Virus record (IMG/VR): IMGVR_UViG_3300032332_000622 | Coordinates: 1-31,467 of that record | Length of the DNA stretch: 31,467 nucleotides | Direction: 5' to 3' (one strand) | DNA from: a virus | Lineage: Duplodnaviria; Caudoviricetes | Part shown: positions 9,267 through 17,804 of the stretch, piece after piece | Layout: every line of letters begins with the position of its first letter | Numbering within the stretch: position 1 is the stretch's first letter | Program-made: the position numbers and the translations under genes | The notes under the pieces: generated by a model | Databases searched by the model: none | What the model saw: the letters and a program-made list of their open reading frames with translations, nothing else | What the model was told of the DNA's origin: nothing

Positions 9267-9785
9267 ATGGCAGCACCAGCAGTAGTATTGCCCGGCTATG
9301 CCGCATCCCTATGGATGCAGACCGGGGCAACTCCAACACCCTTGAGCACGGCCAATTTGTCGGTGTGGACGGCCCAGGTCGCCACTATCGTCGGCACTTC
9401 GGCCAATGGCACCGGGGCTTCCGGTACGCAACTGAACGTTGAGGCTGTGCCAGCTTTCGGTCAGGACGATGCCGTCGCTTCGTTCGCCGTGGCCGGTGCT
9501 CGCCAGTCGGACAAGGTGCCCACTCAGTCGGCACCCACGTCCATGACGATTACAGCAGCCTGGAATCCATCAGATGCCGGTTTGCTGCTGATCCGTGGTG
9601 ATGCCATCAGCGGCACCGTGGATCGGACTTTTGTTGTGGCTGCCGCTGCCGGCTCAACCACCATTGCCTATGCCTTCAACGGCCGGGTATCGCAGTTCCA
9701 AATCGACGCGCAACCTGGTGCAGAGGCCAAGTGCATGTTCACGATCCACCCCCGTGGCAACCAGTACGGCTGGAGCAACACCTAA
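9267..9785 (+). CDS. Major tail (tube) protein 2, paralog of tube 1
   Basis: Near-identical C-terminal ~120 aa to 8757..9251; own AGGAG RBS. Confidence 0.8.
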   Translation: MAAPAVVLPGYAASLWMQTGATPTPLSTANLSVWTAQVATIVGTSANGTGASGTQLNVEAVPAFGQDDAVASFAVAGARQSDKVPTQSAPTSMTITAAWNPSDAGLLLIRGDAISGTVDRTFVVAAAAGSTTIAYAFNGRVSQFQIDAQPGAEAKCMFTIHPRGNQYGWSNT

Positions 9786-9970
9786 TGGGCTCGCTTGAAA
9801 AAGCGGTTTTGGCTTTGACGACAGCCACTGGAGACTTGGATTTGATTGCCAGGTTTTCAGTGGTTGACGCCAAAGAGGTGGCCGAAGCACTGCTGGATAC
9901 TGAGCCCGATTCCGCCGTGGGCGTGGCGCTTCGCCTCCTGGCCAAATACAACCCGGTGGTGACTGAGTGA
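9785..9970 (+). CDS. Hypothetical 61-aa helical protein
   Basis: ATG overlaps tube-2 stop (TAATG) and its TGA overlaps the next GTG; MGSLEKAVLAL... Confidence 0.65.
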   Translation: MGSLEKAVLALTTATGDLDLIARFSVVDAKEVAEALLDTEPDSAVGVALRLLAKYNPVVTE

Positions 9971-10356
9971 AGTTCAGCGTGGAGCAGGTTCAGTCGGGCA
10001 ACGTGGTGGGCCAATTTGCCACCTGCCTGCTGCACAGCGTGACCGGCGCCCACATGCTGCACTTGGCCACGCGCAGCTTTGCCGAGCACAAGGCTCTGGA
10101 AGCCTTCTATACGGCCATTGGCGACCTCATAGACGCCTTTGTGGAGGCGTACCAGGGCAAGTATGCCAATCGCGTTGCCTACGTGCCTGGGTTTGATCTG
10201 CCGGCGGAACCGATGGAATATCTGACTTACCTCAAAGACGAGGTGGCCGCCCTTCGGGTTGCTGACGGTTTCCCGCAAGACTCCGAGCTTCAAAACATTA
10301 CCGACGAAATTGCCTCGACTATCGACAGTACACTTTACCAACTGACTCTCAAATGA
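9967..10356 (+). CDS. Ferritin/Dps-like four-helix protein (DUF5856-like)
   Basis: H..H..T.SFAEH.AL..FY....DL.D...E.YQG pattern resembles the Dps ferroxidase ligand pattern; coupled starts and stops. Confidence 0.7.
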   Translation: MKFSVEQVQSGNVVGQFATCLLHSVTGAHMLHLATRSFAEHKALEAFYTAIGDLIDAFVEAYQGKYANRVAYVPGFDLPAEPMEYLTYLKDEVAALRVADGFPQDSELQNITDEIASTIDSTLYQLTLK

Positions 10357-10580
10357 CAAACCCCACGACAATACAAAATACTGGCGACCTTCTGGGCTTT
10401 CTCGCCAAGCAAGCCGAGTCTCGCAAGGACTGGTTTGGTTTCTTGCAGCAGCGCATGACTGCGGTTACACTGGCGCACGAAATTGCAAAACACCATGCGC
10501 ATCACATGACCCCGGAAGAGGTCGTGGCATATGCAATGGCGCTGAATCAGGAAATTTTCAACAAAATCATCAAAGGATAG
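10353..10580 (+). CDS. Hypothetical 75-aa protein
   Basis: ATGA overlap with the previous gene; fills the gap up to the chaperone gene. Confidence 0.7.
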   Translation: MTNPTTIQNTGDLLGFLAKQAESRKDWFGFLQQRMTAVTLAHEIAKHHAHHMTPEEVVAYAMALNQEIFNKIIKG

Positions 10581-10583
10581 AAC

Positions 10584-11036
10584 ATGAGCAAACTGACCGC
10601 CGCCTTCGGCAATTCCCAATCCCTCCGCGTCAAGACCTTCATGCTGGGCGAGCATGAATTCAAAGTTCGCGTGCCGCTGTCCAAAGAACTGGAAGACATG
10701 CAGGCTCGGATCGCCATTGTGGACAAAGAGGCTGCCGAGGCACGTTACACCAAGATGGCCGAGCCCTTCTTGAAGAACGACATTGCCGGCGTCGAGCGCC
10801 TGGAAAATGACGTGATCGTGGACGGTCGCTCGCTGCGCAACTTGATCCAGACGGTTTCCGAGATGGAAAACAAAATCGTCGAGTATGTCAAGTTGCTGGT
10901 GCCGGCGGAAGGCACACTGGACGATCTGACTTACGCTGAAATCGAGGCCGAATGGCCGACGCAAGTTCAGATGGAATTGCTCGACGCAATTTCTTTGGCC
11001 ATTCAGCCAGGCTACAAGGACGCCCGAAAAAACTAA
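10584..11036 (+). CDS. Tail assembly chaperone (lambda gpG analogue)
   Basis: 150 aa upstream of tape measure; ends at slippery A_AAA_AAC just before TAA. Confidence 0.8.
   Translation: MSKLTAAFGNSQSLRVKTFMLGEHEFKVRVPLSKELEDMQARIAIVDKEAAEARYTKMAEPFLKNDIAGVERLENDVIVDGRSLRNLIQTVSEMENKIVEYVKLLVPAEGTLDDLTYAEIEAEWPTQVQMELLDAISLAIQPGYKDARKN
11027..11033 (+). other. Programmed -1 frameshift slippery heptamer A AAA AAC
   Basis: CGA AAA AAC TAA; the -1 frame is open (…PKKLIQDIRL…) to 11377. Confidence 0.8.
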
Positions 11037-11377
11037 TTCAGGACATTCGCCTCCAGGCCAGGGCGTATATCCTGGCGCATGGTGGGTGTCCTGATGAAAT
11101 CAACTCCGAGGATTTCAGGAATATTGAAATCCTGCTGAGTGACGGCTTTATTGGCAACAAGGCCATTTTGTTGGCGTTAAGCTGCTTGACCACGGGCAAC
11201 TTGAACTCAAAGCTCCGTCAAACATCATCGCCATATACAATAAAAGATGTGCTGCCATCAGCGCATGAATACATCATTCCTCCGTTGAGCGATGAGGATA
11301 AGAAAGAGCAGGTTCAAAATCAGTTGCTTTCGTTCATGCTCTCAAGACCTGAATCGAAAGAGCACTTGAAAGCATGA
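11033..11377 (+). CDS. Frameshift extension of tail chaperone (gpT analogue)
   Basis: -1 frame ORF continuing from the slippery site; no independent start near 11036. Confidence 0.75.
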   Translation, partial: LIQDIRLQARAYILAHGGCPDEINSEDFRNIEILLSDGFIGNKAILLALSCLTTGNLNSKLRQTSSPYTIKDVLPSAHEYIIPPLSDEDKKEQVQNQLLSFMLSRPESKEHLKA

Positions 11378-11378
11378 A

Positions 11379-11867
11379 GTGGCCGACTACACCCCGAACA
11401 ATAGGACGATTCAGCTAGAGGGCTTCTCTGAGTTTGAAGACCAGTTGAAGGCTCTTGCCGAGGGGTTTCGTGCGGACACGGTGGCCAGGCGCACGCTGGC
11501 CCTGGCAGCCAATGAGGCGATGGCGCCAGTAGAGCAAGCTGCTAGGACAATGGCTGCCTACGACGAGCAAAATATTGACGGCATCCACATGCGCGACACG
11601 ATCCGCACGGACTTCCGCATCCCCAATGAAAAAGACCGCCAATCCGGCTTTGTGAACCCCACCGATGCGGCCATTGCCGTGGTGTCAGTCAAGCGCAGCG
11701 CGGTGTCGCTGGCAAATGAGTTTGGAACAAGTAAAATGGTGGCACGTCCATTTTTGCGCCCGGCGCTGGACAGCAACGCGGAAACAGTCTTATCGATTTT
11801 CAAGCAAAGGCTGTCTGAGATTATTCCGGCGTATGCGATCAAATTGTCCAAGAGAAGGAAGAAATAA
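11379..11867 (+). CDS. HK97 gp10-like tail component
   Basis: I.LEG..E....L..L and EFGTSKM.ARPFLRPALD signature. Confidence 0.85.
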   Translation: MADYTPNNRTIQLEGFSEFEDQLKALAEGFRADTVARRTLALAANEAMAPVEQAARTMAAYDEQNIDGIHMRDTIRTDFRIPNEKDRQSGFVNPTDAAIAVVSVKRSAVSLANEFGTSKMVARPFLRPALDSNAETVLSIFKQRLSEIIPAYAIKLSKRRKK

Positions 11868-14806
11868 TGGCATCCAATAATATCGCTCGGCTGGGTGTAG
11901 TCCTTGGTTTGGATACGGCAGAGTTTACCGCCTCCATTGACAAGGCTATTGGAGACAACCGCAAGCTCGGGCAGGCCATCAAGCGCGAAAGCAATGCTGC
12001 GGCCGGCGAAATTGTCGCGCTGAAAAATGCGACCGACGATTATGGCAAGACCTTGACCAAGGTTCAGATTATTGAGCGAGAAATCAGCACAGGCCGCTTC
12101 CGCCTGGCGTCTGCCGACTTGAAGACTCAGTTGATGGCGCAGGCTGTTGCATACGATGCCGTGGCAGAGGCCGCAGCCAAGCAAGCCAAGATCGCTGATG
12201 ATGCTAAGGTGGTGGCACAGCAAGAGCAATTGGCCATTCAGCAAATCAAGGCTTTGCAATTTGCTACCGAAGATTATGGCCAGACACTGACCAAGGTCGC
12301 CGCTCTGCGTCGAGACATGGAATCGGGTGGCCGGTTTGCCGGGTTCTCGGATGAGAACAAGGCCAGGCTTTTGGAGCAAGCTGCTGCCTACGACAAGGTG
12401 GCTGCGGCGGCCAAGCATGAAGCCGAGGTAACGGCGGCAGCAAACCAGGTTCAACGCCAGAACCAGGCCGGTTTGGCGGAACTACAAAGCCTCAAGAACG
12501 CCACGGAAGACTATGGCAAGACCTTGACCAAGGTCCAGATCATTGAGCGCGAAATTCAGTCTGGGCGCCTCCAGGGTGCAGGAGCCGATGTAAAGGCCCA
12601 ACTGCTTGCGCAGGCCGCTGCCTATGACCGAGTGGCTGCAAGCGCCCACAAGGCCGCTGGTGGCCTCACAGCATGGCAAAAGCAGGGCTTGGCTTACCAG
12701 ACCACCGACTTCTTCACGCAGATCGCCTCCGGTCAAAATATCATGATCGCCGCCATCCAGCAGGGTGGTCAGTTGAAGGATCAGATGGGCGGCCTGGGCA
12801 ACATGTTCCGGGTGCTGACGCCGCTGGTTCTTTCGCCAACCGGGGCACTGGTTGCGTTGGCGGCGGCTCTGGGCATTGCTGCTACTGCGGCCGTCATGGG
12901 CCGACGAGAATTCGATGCACTCAACAATTCCTTGATTCTGACCGGCCAGTATTCTGGCGTTACGACGGACAGTTTTGCACTGATGGCTCAAACCATCAGC
13001 ACCACCTCCCGCGCAAGTATTGGTGACGCCAAAGACATTTTGAACGCAATGATTGGCTCGGGCCAGTTTACCAATCAAACCTTTGACTCGGTTTCCAAAA
13101 CCATTCAGCGTTTTTCTGAATTGAGTGGATTGTCGGCCAAAGATGCCGCAGACAAACTCATCCCAATGCTGGATGGCTCTGCATCAAGCGCCAAAAAACT
13201 CAACGATCAATACAACTTCTTGACGCTCGCGCAATACAAGCAAATTGAGGCGCTGGATCGTCAGGGGAAGAAACAAGAATCCATTGCTTTGACTGCTGAT
13301 TTACTAAAGAAAAGTTTTGACAAGACCAAAACAGAGCTTGGGTATTTGGATACGGCCCTGGATGTGACCAAGAAAAAATGGAGCGAATTCTGGGATGCCG
13401 CCATGAATTGGGGCAAGCAAGATTCTCCGGTCGAGCAGCTAAGAAAAATTCAGTTAGACATTAACGAAATAGAAAGTAAAGGCCTTCCACAAAGTATTTT
13501 TGATCCCGCATCTGGCAAAGAAGACCCTGCACAAAGGTTTTATAAAAAATTGCAAGATGACAAAGCAAAAATTATTGCAACTTTGGTCAAAGCTCAAGAT
13601 GAGGCCAAAAAAATTGAGGGGCAAAAAAAGAAGATAGACATTTACGCTGATGATGGTGGTTATAAGCACGCATTAGGTCTTAAACAAAAATACGAAGATG
13701 CTGTTGATGCTCTGAAATACGATCATCTCAAAAACAATTCTGACGAAGAAAACAAGATTCACGTTGAGTCTCAAGAAAAACAGCGTGCGCTGCTGGTGGA
13801 CTATTTGCGAGACATTCAGGACAAAGACAAAAACAATGCTGGGTTACGTCGAGACATTTATCTTAAAGAACTTGCTTTAGAGGTTCAGCAATCGGAAAAG
13901 AAACTAGAAGACTTTAGGCAAAAGCGGCTGGTAAAAGCCATTGAAGCCGCAGAAGCTGAAAGGGATGAGCGCAAAAAACTTGAAGATGAGGAGCGCAAAG
14001 ATAAATTACAACGGTTGATGGATGACGTTGAATATTATCGCAAAGCTGAAACGACTAATTCAGAAGAAAAAGATAGGCTTAATGCAAAAATTAAAATGGT
14101 TGGCTGGAGTGAGCGCCAAGTCAAACTGGCCGAGCTAGAGGCCAAATATCAAGAAGACATCCTGAACAATGAAAAGCAGTACGGGGACAATCCTGAAGCG
14201 CTGAAAGCCATGAACGCTATGGCCGAGGCCAAAAAACGCGACGGAGAATTAAACATCGAATTGGCTGACAAGTTGAAATACTTGGAGGATGTTAATAATG
14301 CCGTCTGGAGCAACATGGGTTCGGCCATTGATGAATTGGTTGAGAAAGGTACGACCTCGTTCAGCAAAATGACCGAAAGCATTTTGAAGGACTTGTTCAA
14401 GATACAGCTTAGAAAGCAGGCTTTGGGCTTGTGGGATATGCTGACCGGCGGAAAAGGCATCATGGGAATGTTTGGGTCGTCTTCCCAGGCGCCTGCCCCG
14501 GTGGTTGACATACCCTGGACTCCGGTTCCAGGCTTTGCAGATGGCGGCGATCCGCCGGTTGGGAAAATGTCAATGGTCGGCGAGAATGGGCCGGAGTTGT
14601 TTGTGCCCAAGACGGCTGGCACAATCGTGCCAAACCACATGCTTGGTGAAAGCCAATCTGGCCCGACAATCAACTATAATGGGCCGTACATTGCCAGTAT
14701 GAGCGCCATCGACACGCAATCGGGGCTTCAGTTCCTGGCCAAGAACAAGCAGTCGGTGTGGGCGGCATACCAGTCGGCCAATCGCAGCGTTCCAATGTCA
14801 AGATAA
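11867..14806 (+). CDS. Tape measure protein (lambda-like)
   Basis: 979 aa helical; IARLGVVLGLDTAEF start, YQ.TD..TQIASGQ....AIQQGGQLKD motif, C-terminal FADGG...VGENGPELFVP. Confidence 0.93.
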   Translation: MASNNIARLGVVLGLDTAEFTASIDKAIGDNRKLGQAIKRESNAAAGEIVALKNATDDYGKTLTKVQIIEREISTGRFRLASADLKTQLMAQAVAYDAVAEAAAKQAKIADDAKVVAQQEQLAIQQIKALQFATEDYGQTLTKVAALRRDMESGGRFAGFSDENKARLLEQAAAYDKVAAAAKHEAEVTAAANQVQRQNQAGLAELQSLKNATEDYGKTLTKVQIIEREIQSGRLQGAGADVKAQLLAQAAAYDRVAASAHKAAGGLTAWQKQGLAYQTTDFFTQIASGQNIMIAAIQQGGQLKDQMGGLGNMFRVLTPLVLSPTGALVALAAALGIAATAAVMGRREFDALNNSLILTGQYSGVTTDSFALMAQTISTTSRASIGDAKDILNAMIGSGQFTNQTFDSVSKTIQRFSELSGLSAKDAADKLIPMLDGSASSAKKLNDQYNFLTLAQYKQIEALDRQGKKQESIALTADLLKKSFDKTKTELGYLDTALDVTKKKWSEFWDAAMNWGKQDSPVEQLRKIQLDINEIESKGLPQSIFDPASGKEDPAQRFYKKLQDDKAKIIATLVKAQDEAKKIEGQKKKIDIYADDGGYKHALGLKQKYEDAVDALKYDHLKNNSDEENKIHVESQEKQRALLVDYLRDIQDKDKNNAGLRRDIYLKELALEVQQSEKKLEDFRQKRLVKAIEAAEAERDERKKLEDEERKDKLQRLMDDVEYYRKAETTNSEEKDRLNAKIKMVGWSERQVKLAELEAKYQEDILNNEKQYGDNPEALKAMNAMAEAKKRDGELNIELADKLKYLEDVNNAVWSNMGSAIDELVEKGTTSFSKMTESILKDLFKIQLRKQALGLWDMLTGGKGIMGMFGSSSQAPAPVVDIPWTPVPGFADGGDPPVGKMSMVGENGPELFVPKTAGTIVPNHMLGESQSGPTINYNGPYIASMSAIDTQSGLQFLAKNKQSVWAAYQSANRSVPMSR
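12020..12640 (+). repeat. Three ~78-aa internal repeats in tape measure
   Basis: L..AT.DYG.TLTKV...L.AQA.AYD.VA starting at 12020, 12254, 12491; 23-nt identical DNA at 12041-12063 and 12512-12534. Confidence 0.9.
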
Positions 14807-14813
14807 GGCAATC

Positions 14814-15494
14814 ATGAGTTTGCAAACCATACTGTCAATCTCTGAGTCGCTGACGATCAACGACCACAAATTTGCCGGGCAGATGCTGTCCCGCAATTTG
14901 CGTCTGAGCGTGTCCGAGATTCTGACGGTGCAGCCGTTTCTGTTCTCGTTGAAGCCCATGAACTATCTGCTGTATTCGCAGAATCGTGGCGTGCTGTCTG
15001 CGCTGCGCCAGGCAGACCGGATCGCGGAGCAATACCTGAATCTGGGCTCGACAGGCTGGCTGAACTACATCGCATACCAGGGCGACATGACGGCAGTTCA
15101 GGCGGCGGCAGTGCAGATTTCATCCGCCTCCACCGGCCAGACAATTACCCTGACCAACCTGCCGTCAATCTCTGCCTCGGCCTATGTCGTCAAGGTGGGA
15201 GACTTCATTCAGCTTGGCCGGTACGCCTACATTGCCACGGCTTCGGTGCAGCGCGGCGGCGGCTCCACGGTGGATGTGCCGGTGCATCGGCCGCTGATGA
15301 CGACCCTGGCAGCCGCTATTGGCGCGGTGATCGGCCAGTATGGCACGACCGTTGCCCTGGGCGGCGTGACTTACACCGGGGTGACTTTCCCGGTGATCGT
15401 GCGAGAATACCCAACCTATACTTTGGTGCCCATCACGAATGACAGTTTCATTTCGTGGGAAGGCAAATTTTCAGCAATGGAATGGGTGATTTAG
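14814..15494 (+). CDS. Putative distal tail protein
   Basis: 226 aa directly after tape measure; 'VKVGDFIQLG..Y....' and 'V..PL' pattern; synteny only. Confidence 0.55.
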   Translation: MSLQTILSISESLTINDHKFAGQMLSRNLRLSVSEILTVQPFLFSLKPMNYLLYSQNRGVLSALRQADRIAEQYLNLGSTGWLNYIAYQGDMTAVQAAAVQISSASTGQTITLTNLPSISASAYVVKVGDFIQLGRYAYIATASVQRGGGSTVDVPVHRPLMTTLAAAIGAVIGQYGTTVALGGVTYTGVTFPVIVREYPTYTLVPITNDSFISWEGKFSAMEWVI

Positions 15495-15518
15495 CCCAAT
15501 TACAGATAGGAGTTTTAT

Positions 15519-15932
15519 ATGCCGTCAGCCTACAACAGATACACCGCAGCCATTGAGCCACTGCTTGAGGCGATAAATTGTCAAACAGACACTTGGAAAG
15601 TTGCTTTGGCCGCCAGCGTCAATGCGGCGGATACGACTTTCACCGCAGGCACCACCGACCTTCCAACAAGCGGCGGCTACACGGCAGGCGGCAATGCGGC
15701 CACTGTGTTTTCTGCGACACAAACTGGAGGCACATTTAAGTTGATTTTGAACAGCCCCAGCCAATGGACCGGCAGTGGCTCTGGATTTACTTTTCGGTAT
15801 GCTATTTTGTGGAATGTCACGCAGAACGTTCCTGTTGCATATTGGGACTATGGTTCGTCCCAGACGGTTGCCGCTTCGGAGACTGTCACGGTGACATTGG
15901 ACTCGGTTAATGGCGTGTTCACGGCGTCATAA
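15519..15932 (+). CDS. Putative virion structural / fibre-associated protein
   Basis: 137 aa Thr/Gly-rich, 'DTWKVAL', 'GGYTAGG'; AGGAG RBS. Confidence 0.6.
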   Translation: MPSAYNRYTAAIEPLLEAINCQTDTWKVALAASVNAADTTFTAGTTDLPTSGGYTAGGNAATVFSATQTGGTFKLILNSPSQWTGSGSGFTFRYAILWNVTQNVPVAYWDYGSSQTVAASETVTVTLDSVNGVFTAS

Positions 15933-15944
15933 CAGGGCGTAGTC

Positions 15945-17801
15945 ATGGCAGACAAATATTGGGTTGGCGGAACCGGAGCATGGGGCACTGCGTCCAAATG
16001 GTCTGACAGTTCGGGTGCGGTCGAGTTTGTGGGGTATAGGCTTGCCGCCGTGCTGACGGTGACTTCTGTTGTTCGCGGCACGCTTGCTGTTGGCCAGACA
16101 ATATACCGATCTGACACTGGCGTCAGCATGGGCACAATTACTGCTCTGGGCACCGGAACTGGTGGCACAGGCACTTACACCACAAGTGCATCAGGAACCG
16201 TATCCTCAGCGCCCGGCATTTACATGGCCGGAGCAGTTGCCTCATCTGCCCCGACCTCTGCCGACAATGCGATTTTTGATGCCAACTCGGGGTTCAGCAG
16301 TGCTTCTGTACCAACGACAGTCACAACAGCGGCCACAACTGTTGTCAACCTGACGGTTTCTGCCGTGCCAGTTGGCGGACTTACGTTTACAGGCACTGGA
16401 ACGCAAAGCATTAGCGGTTCTTTATCGGTTGCATCTGGCACTGTTTGGAACGCCACCGGCACGCAGACATTTACGTCCACAGCATCCGGCAACACCATAT
16501 CGACAAATGGAGTGGTGATGGCTTGCTCCATGACTTTGAATGGAGTTGGTGGTTCATGGACGCTGGGTAGCGCGTCAGCCCTTGCCACTGGCAAGTTGAT
16601 AACAATGACCCAAGGGTCATTAAATTTAGGGACGTATAGCCTGACTTGCGGCGGCTTTGTTTGCAGCGGTGCGACAACCAATCGAACCCTGACGTTTGGT
16701 TCTGGCTCTCGGATTTACCTGACTGGTGACGGCATCACCGTGCTTAATCTTTCGGGAAAAACCAACACCGGCCAATTGACTGTTGTTGGCAATGCAATTT
16801 TTGACATATCCAATACAGCCGCAACAAGTGGCAGAACCGTTGGCACTATGCCCAATGGCAACTTGGTTGGTCAATCAGATTACTGGTGTACTTTATATGT
16901 GACCGGCGGAACATATTACAGCAGTGTTTCTTGCCCACTTGCAGATCAAGTCTGGAAATCTATTTTTGCCACTTCGGATTATCTGGGGTATCTTGGCTTG
17001 GGCGGTGCATCAACCGTTGGAATTAAACAAGATTTGCAAGTTCTGAATGGCAGATCATCTGAAACAAGTTACAGCCCAACCACAACTTTGCAGATTGGAT
17101 CAGGATCACCAAGCGGAACTACAACTTTGTCTGGGTTTATTGGCACAAACGTATCGGTCATAAACGCACCATGCAATGTCAATTGCTCATTTATTACTTC
17201 TTTGACATCCAGTCAAAATATTACTCTTACTGGAAATACAAATGTCGGTGGAAATATAACTTCCAACTCGGGCTTTAATGCCAACAATTACAACGTCACT
17301 GCTAACGGTTTTTTTAGCAGCAACGCAAACACCAGAACCATAACGATGGGGTCAGGCACCTGGACGCTTACAGGTTCTGGAACAGTTTGGGACATTACGG
17401 ACGCTACAGGTTTAACGCTAAACTGCGGCACCTCTACGCTTAGTTTGACAAGCGACGTAGCCAAAACTTTTATTGGCGGCGGTAAAACGTACAATGTAAT
17501 AAACCAGACAGGCTCCGGCGATCCGTACGCGATTGGAGACTTGACAATTGTTGGAAACAACACTTTTGCCAACATCACCAATACGGGGTATCCTTGCTCA
17601 GTTCTTTTTACAGCCGGCAGCACTAACACATTTGGCAATTTCTCTTTGCAGGGTGCTTCGGGAAATTTGGTGACAATTAGCAGCCCGACTGCCGCACAAC
17701 ACAATCTGGTCAAATCAGGCGGAGGTCTTGTGCAAGTTGGATACTGCAACATCAGTTACTCCAATGCAAGCCCAGCAAACACTTGGTACGCAGCGCCGTA
17801 A
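15945..17801 (+). CDS. Putative tail fibre / adhesin, beta-solenoid-like
   Basis: 618 aa very rich in G/T/S/N; starts YWVGGTG.W...WS..SG; repetitive beta-strand pattern. Confidence 0.65.
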   Translation: MADKYWVGGTGAWGTASKWSDSSGAVEFVGYRLAAVLTVTSVVRGTLAVGQTIYRSDTGVSMGTITALGTGTGGTGTYTTSASGTVSSAPGIYMAGAVASSAPTSADNAIFDANSGFSSASVPTTVTTAATTVVNLTVSAVPVGGLTFTGTGTQSISGSLSVASGTVWNATGTQTFTSTASGNTISTNGVVMACSMTLNGVGGSWTLGSASALATGKLITMTQGSLNLGTYSLTCGGFVCSGATTNRTLTFGSGSRIYLTGDGITVLNLSGKTNTGQLTVVGNAIFDISNTAATSGRTVGTMPNGNLVGQSDYWCTLYVTGGTYYSSVSCPLADQVWKSIFATSDYLGYLGLGGASTVGIKQDLQVLNGRSSETSYSPTTTLQIGSGSPSGTTTLSGFIGTNVSVINAPCNVNCSFITSLTSSQNITLTGNTNVGGNITSNSGFNANNYNVTANGFFSSNANTRTITMGSGTWTLTGSGTVWDITDATGLTLNCGTSTLSLTSDVAKTFIGGGKTYNVINQTGSGDPYAIGDLTIVGNNTFANITNTGYPCSVLFTAGSTNTFGNFSLQGASGNLVTISSPTAAQHNLVKSGGGLVQVGYCNISYSNASPANTWYAAP

Positions 17802-17804
17802 AAT

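Noticed and set aside
8757-9785. Assembly artefact as explanation for the duplicated tail genes
   Set aside because: The copies differ at many synonymous sites and in N-terminal sequence.
10952-11032. Independent start for the 141-aa ORF at 10952
   Set aside because: It overlaps the chaperone gene and is better explained by the -1 frameshift.
17799-17801. Genome-wide stop codon reassignment
   Set aside because: TAA, TAG and TGA all terminate well-supported genes at expected lengths; no suppressor tRNA noticed.
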